A DNA stretch of 24,501 nt from an uncultured bacterium (GTDB lineage Bacteria; Verrucomicrobiota; Lentisphaeria; Victivallales; UBA1829). Location: positions 1-24,501 of the forward strand of contig URNE01000001.1 in assembly GCA_900549045.1 (NCBI GenBank), given 5' to 3'. Of the stretch, positions 19,118-24,501 are shown in pieces (position 1 is the stretch's first letter; the number at the start of each line of letters is the position of its first letter). The notes beneath the pieces are model-generated. The model saw only the letters and a list, made by a program, of their open reading frames with translations. It was not told where the DNA came from and did no database searches. The position numbers and the translations under genes were made by a program.

Positions 19118-21310
19118 TTACCTGGTGGAGATGCCGGCAAGGATATGTGTGCCGTTCTGGAGCGGATGTGTGACTTCGATGAAATCCAGTTCGGTTTGCA
19201 TGTCGGGAACCAGCTTCTGGACATAGAGCGTGCGGCTGGTTACGGGGTCGACCCATGCGATCCGCGCGGTCTGAGAGGTCCACGGCAGCGAGTAGTGGTA
19301 ATCGCTGTTGCCGATGTCGCGTCCCATGAGCAGGTTGTATTCGCGGACGGAGCCGTCCGCCGCATGGAGAATGTAGCTCAGCCATTCGCCTTTGACGGGA
19401 AAGTCGGCGGCGTGGAGGAAGTAAAGCTCGCGCACCTTGCGCCCGACGGGGATGCGGATGGATTTGCGCGGTTCGCCCATCGTGAAGGTGATGATGTGTG
19501 CGCCGATCTTGAACGGAACGCCGAGGAAGGTGTTGAGCTCCCGGACGGGAACATACGCGCCGTCGAGGAGACCTTCTCCTGTTTCGTGGTTCGTTGCGAG
19601 CGGTTCGTGTCCTTCGGGACCGAGCGGGAGCGGAAGGGCGTCGGCGGCGTCGAACGGTTCTCCGGTCGGGGTGGCGGGGAGCGGCGGAAGCTCCGCAACC
19701 GGAATCTGCTTGCCGTCCCACGCGAACTTTTCGAGGATGCGGGAGGCGTGCGCGGGGAGCTTCAGAGACGTGTCGCCGGGAAGCGTGAAAGTCTGTTCGG
19801 AGTCGGACCAGTTGAAGACGCCGAGTTTGCCGTCCGCCCAGATCATAGAGGGGATTTCGTGCCAGTAGTCGAGGACGTAATAGCCTTTTGCGTTTTCGGA
19901 GGCGCGTTGGAATGCTGCGGCGACGAGGTTTTTGCGGTCGTGCGAGAGGAGCGGGAGTTTGTCGCTGGAGAGCACGGCGTTTCCGGTCATGGTGACGAAG
20001 TTCGCCCAGAGTTCCGCTTCGCTGTGCGTGAGCGTGGAGTGTTTGGCGCCGGAGGGGGAGACTTCCGCATCTTCCATGCCTTCGCCGCGGACGATGAGAT
20101 AGTCGGGGTCGCACTGGTAGACTTTGCGGTGCAGGTGCGCGGAGGCCATGCAGCAGTGCGCGGATTTGCGGACGTCTTCAAACTTCGGGGAGATGTCGGG
20201 CCCGACGCGCATGCCGTCGACATGTCCGATGCAGGGGGCGAATTCGGCGGAGCAGCCGAGAATGTAGCAGTCGTCGCCCGCCTCTTCGCGGATGGCGGAG
20301 AGACAGCGGTGGAAACGTTCGTACGCGCTCATCGGAACCTTGCCGAGTCCGCTGAGCGTTCCGGCGCGGAGAAAGTCGATCTTGAGGTAGGTGATTCCAG
20401 CGTTGCGGAAGAAGCGGATGCAGCGGCGGAGATAATCGACGACTTCGTCGTTTGAGTAGTCGAAAATGACGCGTCCGGTCCAGGCGGGAACATAGGAGCC
20501 GTCTGGTTTGCGGAGGAACCAGTCGGGGTGATTCTTGAGAATCTGCGAATCCGCTTCCGCGAGGAACGGGGCGAGCCAGATGCCCGTTTCGAGTCCGCGG
20601 AGCGCCGCCTCCTTGACGATGGAGTCAAGTCCTTCGGGGAAGACTTCGGGGCTGATGTTCATCCAGTCGCCCCAGAGACTGTAGCCGTCGTCGATCTGGA
20701 GAAGGTTTGCGTTGGAGGTGAGCTTCTGGAGTTCATCGAGATTTTTGCGGATGGCGCGGTCGTTGAATTTGATCGCATAATAATCCCAGGAACCCCAGCC
20801 GCGCCAGGAGCGGAGATTGAGGCGGACCGCATGGAACTTTGCGAGGTAATCGGCGTAGGCGTCGAGCAGGGCGCGTTCGGAGGAGCCGCGCATGCAGAAG
20901 AGCTGTTCGAGCGGAACGGTTTCGCCGGACGCAAAGCGGTGACCGTCGCCGAAGAAACGGACGGTGACGTCGCCGTTGCGGAAGAGAAGTTCGCCGGAGA
21001 AGATGTGCCAGGAGGCGATTGCGATCAGAATGAAATCCTCTTTGGCGATGCGGACGAGCATCCAGTTTTTCGCGCAGATCGTGAGGCCGAATGTTTCCGG
21101 CGCGAAGATGCGCATCCAGGTTCCCATTGCGGGGGCGCCGGTCATGACGGCGGAGTCGGCTGTGAGCACCGCGCCGAGATCGATTCCGAGATCGATGCTC
21201 TCGAAACGGTCGGCGTCTCCGGTTCTGGTGATGTCGGAGGAAACGGCGCAGCCGTCCTGCTTCAGGGAGACGTTCCAGCCCTGCGGAATGGTGGTCCAGT
21301 TGAATTTCAT
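19118..21310 (-). CDS. Glycoside hydrolase family 36 (alpha-galactosidase-like, clan GH-D) with extra C-terminal domain
   Basis: GWGSWDYY, QIDDGY, GIWLAPF, YLKIDFL (nucleophile Asp), ILGCSA, MRVGPD (acid/base Asp), DPDYL. Start 21310 is preceded by GGAGAG and overlaps the rfbG stop (ATGA). No signal peptide. Confidence 0.85.
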   Translation of the reverse strand: MKFNWTTIPQGWNVSLKQDGCAVSSDITRTGDADRFESIDLGIDLGAVLTADSAVMTGAPAMGTWMRIFAPETFGLTICAKNWMLVRIAKEDFILIAIASWHIFSGELLFRNGDVTVRFFGDGHRFASGETVPLEQLFCMRGSSERALLDAYADYLAKFHAVRLNLRSWRGWGSWDYYAIKFNDRAIRKNLDELQKLTSNANLLQIDDGYSLWGDWMNISPEVFPEGLDSIVKEAALRGLETGIWLAPFLAEADSQILKNHPDWFLRKPDGSYVPAWTGRVIFDYSNDEVVDYLRRCIRFFRNAGITYLKIDFLRAGTLSGLGKVPMSAYERFHRCLSAIREEAGDDCYILGCSAEFAPCIGHVDGMRVGPDISPKFEDVRKSAHCCMASAHLHRKVYQCDPDYLIVRGEGMEDAEVSPSGAKHSTLTHSEAELWANFVTMTGNAVLSSDKLPLLSHDRKNLVAAAFQRASENAKGYYVLDYWHEIPSMIWADGKLGVFNWSDSEQTFTLPGDTSLKLPAHASRILEKFAWDGKQIPVAELPPLPATPTGEPFDAADALPLPLGPEGHEPLATNHETGEGLLDGAYVPVRELNTFLGVPFKIGAHIITFTMGEPRKSIRIPVGRKVRELYFLHAADFPVKGEWLSYILHAADGSVREYNLLMGRDIGNSDYHYSLPWTSQTARIAWVDPVTSRTLYVQKLVPDMQTELDFIEVTHPLQNGTHILAGISTR

Positions 21311-22392
21311 ATTCTCTCCATATTGTTTTGGTTTTTGCATATCCGAATGTATTCCGCGAGTTCTTCACGGCAGATTTCCGCGGCGGATTCCGTCCGGATT
21401 CGGCGGTACCAGTCTGCTGTGAGCGCGATGCTCCGGCGGAGGTCGAGCACGGTTTTCCAGCCGAGCTTTTCATGCGCCTTCGTGCTGTCGAGAACGAGCA
21501 GGCCGGCCTCATGCGGAGCGGCGTTTTCGGGAGTGTACTCGCTTTCCGCCGCGCCGTATTCTTCGACAAGGCAGTTGACGACTTCGCCGACGGTATGGAC
21601 GGAATCGGGTCCGAAGTTCCAGCCGCCGGCGTAGTCCGCGGGGGAGTTCCGGAGGGCTTCGGCGAGCATGAGATAACCGCGCAGCGGTTCGAGCACGTGC
21701 TGCCACGGACGGACCGATCCGGGATTGCGCATCGGGGCGGGGCGTCCCTTCTCAAGCGCGCGGACGCAGTCCGGAATCAGGCGGTCCTTCGCCCAGTCTC
21801 CGCCGCCGATGACATTTCCTGCGCGAGCGGAAGCGACGGAGCGTCCGCCTTCCGGCGGGAGGAAGGAGCGGCGCCAGGAGGAGATGGCGATTTCACATGC
21901 GCCTTTGCTGGAAGAGTAGGGATCGTGTCCGCCCATCGGGTCGTCTTCGCGGCAGCCGCGCAATTGTTCGCGGTTTTCGTAACACTTGTCGGTTGTGATG
22001 AAGACCCCCGCGCGCGCGGAGGGGGTTCGCCGGAATGCTTCGAGCACATGAATCGTGCCCATGACGTTGGTTTCGTAGGTTTCGACCGGCTTTTCGTAGG
22101 AGAGCCGGACGAGCGGCTGGGCGGCGAGGTGGAAGACGATTTCCGGCTGGAATTCATCGAAGACGCGGTTCAGATGCGCCGCGTCGCGGATATCTCCCCG
22201 GATGTCGCGCATGTCTGCGGAGAGTCCGGAGAGAACGAAGTTGTCGCGCTCGTTTTCCGGGTCGAGCGCATATCCGGCAATCTCCGCGCCGAGTTCGCGG
22301 AGCCAGAGGCAGAGCCATGAACCCTTGAATCCGGTGTGTCCGGTGACGAGAACGCGTTTGCCGCGGTAGAAGCCGTTGAAGAGGTCGAACAT
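21307..22392 (-). CDS. rfbG: CDP-glucose 4,6-dehydratase
   Basis: VLVTGHTGFKGSWL, HLAAQPLVRLSY, TTDKCYEN, DPYSSSK, RAGNVIGGGDWA, RPWQHVLEPL. The start could alternatively be 22410. Confidence 0.96.
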   Translation of the reverse strand: MFDLFNGFYRGKRVLVTGHTGFKGSWLCLWLRELGAEIAGYALDPENERDNFVLSGLSADMRDIRGDIRDAAHLNRVFDEFQPEIVFHLAAQPLVRLSYEKPVETYETNVMGTIHVLEAFRRTPSARAGVFITTDKCYENREQLRGCREDDPMGGHDPYSSSKGACEIAISSWRRSFLPPEGGRSVASARAGNVIGGGDWAKDRLIPDCVRALEKGRPAPMRNPGSVRPWQHVLEPLRGYLMLAEALRNSPADYAGGWNFGPDSVHTVGEVVNCLVEEYGAAESEYTPENAAPHEAGLLVLDSTKAHEKLGWKTVLDLRRSIALTADWYRRIRTESAAEICREELAEYIRICKNQNNMERI

Positions 22393-22394
22393 GA

Positions 22395-23177
22395 TCAGTC
22401 GCTCCAGCATTTCCACGGGGGATTGCCGGAATTCCACATCTCGTTGAGTTCGGAATTGTCGCGGAGGGTGTCCATGGGTTTCCAGAATCCCGTGTGCTTG
22501 TAGATGGACATTTTGCCGTCGAGCGCGAGACGTTCCATCGGGGCGCGTTCGAAAACGGTGGCGTCGCCGTCCTTGATGTAGTCGAAGATCCGCGGCTCGC
22601 AGACGAAATATCCGGCGTTGATCCAGTTTCCGTCGCCGTCGTTTTTCTCGAAGAAGGATTCGACGCGGTTGGTTTCGTCGTTGATTTTGAGCACGCCGAA
22701 TTTGTTGCGCGGGTTGGTTCCGAGGACGGTGAGCCAGGAGCCGGAGCGTTCGTGGAAGGCGATTTCATCGGAGATGTCTGCGTCGGTCACGCCGTCGCCG
22801 TAGGTGAGCAGGAAACGCTCGTCGCCGATGTACTTGCGGACGCGCCGGATGCGTCCGCCGGTCATGGTGTGCAGTCCGGTGTCGACCATGGTGACGCGCC
22901 AGTCTTCGCAGTGGTTGTCGAGAATTTCGATGCTGTTGTCCGCGAGGTTGACGGTCATGTCGCAGTTGTGGCGGAAATAGTTGGAGAAGTATTCCTTGAT
23001 GACGTACTGTTTGTATCCGCAGCAGATGATGAAATCTTTGATTCCGTAGTGCTCGTACGTTTTCATGATGTGCCATATGATCGGTTTTCCGCCGATTTCG
23101 ACCATCGGTTTCGGAATCAGGTGGGAGGTTTCGCTGAGACGCGTTCCGAAGCCTCCGGCAAGGATGACAGCTTTCAT
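22395..23177 (-). CDS. rfbF: Glucose-1-phosphate cytidylyltransferase
   Basis: MKAVILAGGFGTRLSE, PKPMVEIGGKPI, VDTG..TMTGGRI, LTYGDG, WINAGYF, GFWKPMDTLRD, PPWK. Confidence 0.96.
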   Translation of the reverse strand: MKAVILAGGFGTRLSETSHLIPKPMVEIGGKPIIWHIMKTYEHYGIKDFIICCGYKQYVIKEYFSNYFRHNCDMTVNLADNSIEILDNHCEDWRVTMVDTGLHTMTGGRIRRVRKYIGDERFLLTYGDGVTDADISDEIAFHERSGSWLTVLGTNPRNKFGVLKINDETNRVESFFEKNDGDGNWINAGYFVCEPRIFDYIKDGDATVFERAPMERLALDGKMSIYKHTGFWKPMDTLRDNSELNEMWNSGNPPWKCWSD

Positions 23178-23180
23178 TTT

Positions 23181-24500
23181 TCACCTCGTTTTGTTTTGGA
23201 TGAATGCGCGGATTTCAGAAGCCATGAATGCAAGTTTTTCCGCGCTCATGCCCGGATAGACGCCGATCCAGAATGTGCTGTTCATGATGAAATCGGTCTG
23301 AGGAAGCGCGCCGATGACGCGATATTGAATTTCCGGGTCGTCGACGACCGCCGGATGTTTCAGCAGGTTTCCCGCGAAGAGATTGCGCGTCTGGATTTTT
23401 CGTGATTCCAGATGGCTGACGAGTTCGTTGCGCGTGAATCCGGCGTCCGGCTGAACGGAGATCAGGAAGCCGAACCAGCTCGGGTTCGAGCCGGGCAGCG
23501 GTTCGGGGAGAATCAGCCCCGGCGTGCCGTCGAGAGCTTCGCGCAGATGCGCCCAGTTGCCGCGGCGTGCGGCGGTGACGAAGTCGAGCTTTTCGAGCTG
23601 GGCGCAGCCGATTGCCGCCTGTAGATCGGTCGGCTTGAGATTGTATCCGAAATGGGAGTAGACATATTTGTGGTCGTACCCGGCGGGCAGACCGCCGAAC
23701 TGCTTTGTGAAGCGGTGACCGCAGGAGTTGTCCACGCCGCCCGGACAGTGACAGTCGCGTCCCCAGTCGCGGAAGGAGTTTACGAGACGGCGGAGGAGCG
23801 GATTGTTTGTGCAGACGGCCCCGCCTTCGCCCATGGTGAGGTGGTGCGGCGGATAGAAACTGGAGGTCCCGAGGTCGCCGATGGTTCCGGTTTTACGCAT
23901 GATTCCGTCAATTTCGACTTCGGAGCCGAGCGCGTCGCAATTGTCTTCCACGAGCCAGAGGTTGTGGCGTTCGCAGAACTGTTTGACTTTGACGATGTCG
24001 AACGGGTTGCCGAGGGAGTGGGCGATCATCACGGCTTTGGTTTTTTCCGAGTACGCTGTTTCGAGCCGGCCGACGTCGATGTTGTATTGCGGAACGGTGA
24101 CGTCGACGAACACCGGAACCGCGCCGAACTGGATGATCGGAGCGACGGTTGTCGGGAATCCGGCGGCTACGGTGATGACTTCGTCGCCGCGGCGGATTCT
24201 GCGTTCGCCGAGTTCATGGGCGGTAAGCGCGGAGAAGGCGAGCAGGTTTGCGGAGGAGCCGGAGTTGCAGACGGAGCAGAATTTCACGCCGAGTTTCTTC
24301 GCGAAATTTTCTTCGAACCGTGCTGCCCAGGGGCCGGCGGTGAGCCAGAAATCAAGAGCGGAATCAACGAGGTTCACGACCTCTTTTTCATCGAAGAAGC
24401 GTCCGCCGTAATTGATCCGGGTTTCGCCCGGAATGAAAGGTGCGGTTCCGCCGAAGCGGAGTTTTGCATATTCGCGGACGGAGTCCAGAATGTTCTGTTT
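23181..24500 (-). CDS. rfbH: CDP-4-keto-6-deoxyglucose 3-dehydrase E1 (RfbH/DdhC), 5' end truncated by the window
   Basis: The frame stays open past 24377 to the window end (KQNILDSVREYAKLRFGGTAPFIPGETRINYGGRFFDEKE-VVNLVDSALDFWLTAG). NSGSSANLL, EDNCDALG, SFYPPHHLTMGEGG (His in place of the PLP Lys), RDCHC-x7-C, YDHKY. Confidence 0.95.
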   Translation of the reverse strand, partial: KQNILDSVREYAKLRFGGTAPFIPGETRINYGGRFFDEKEVVNLVDSALDFWLTAGPWAARFEENFAKKLGVKFCSVCNSGSSANLLAFSALTAHELGERRIRRGDEVITVAAGFPTTVAPIIQFGAVPVFVDVTVPQYNIDVGRLETAYSEKTKAVMIAHSLGNPFDIVKVKQFCERHNLWLVEDNCDALGSEVEIDGIMRKTGTIGDLGTSSFYPPHHLTMGEGGAVCTNNPLLRRLVNSFRDWGRDCHCPGGVDNSCGHRFTKQFGGLPAGYDHKYVYSHFGYNLKPTDLQAAIGCAQLEKLDFVTAARRGNWAHLREALDGTPGLILPEPLPGSNPSWFGFLISVQPDAGFTRNELVSHLESRKIQTRNLFAGNLLKHPAVVDDPEIQYRVIGALPQTDFIMNSTFWIGVYPGMSAEKLAFMASEIRAFIQNKTR

Positions 24501-24501
24501 C

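Noticed and set aside
18242..20455. 737-aa + strand ORF antisense to the ThDP enzyme, yjbQ and GH36 genes
   Set aside because: No recognisable motifs; a typical shadow ORF caused by GC-rich codon bias in the real minus-strand genes.

Overview
A gene-dense bacterial chromosomal segment, roughly 60% GC by eye, with 23 coding regions. I saw no RNA genes, CRISPR arrays or mobile elements. Gene style (Zn-ribbon receptor Ser/Thr kinase, GH36 with an extra module) suggests a PVC-superphylum anaerobe, possibly Lentisphaerae-like; this is inference only. There are four blocks. (1) 59-9341 (+) is a tightly packed mixed housekeeping run: purT, a secreted beta-propeller-like protein, an RlmD-type methyltransferase, radC, acpS, a lone TadE-like pilin, a stand-alone RfaE domain II, Mrp/ApbC, and a sugar ABC ATPase plus permease, ending at an intrinsic terminator. 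(2) 9415-11529 (-) is guaA-rsmD. (3) 11688-15023 (+) is a membrane Ser/Thr kinase, ychJ and a YhcH-family gene behind a perfect TTGACA-17-TATAAT promoter. (4) 15044 to the window end (-) is a translationally coupled operon: rfbH(ddhC)-rfbF-rfbG-GH36-yjbQ-ThDP enzyme-GtrB-like GT2-SDR. Block 4 is the best candidate for an unusual system. It looks like a CDP-3,6-dideoxyhexose/yersiniose-type branched-sugar pathway, probably loaded onto a lipid carrier, with a GH36 hydrolase and YjbQ integrated in its middle.
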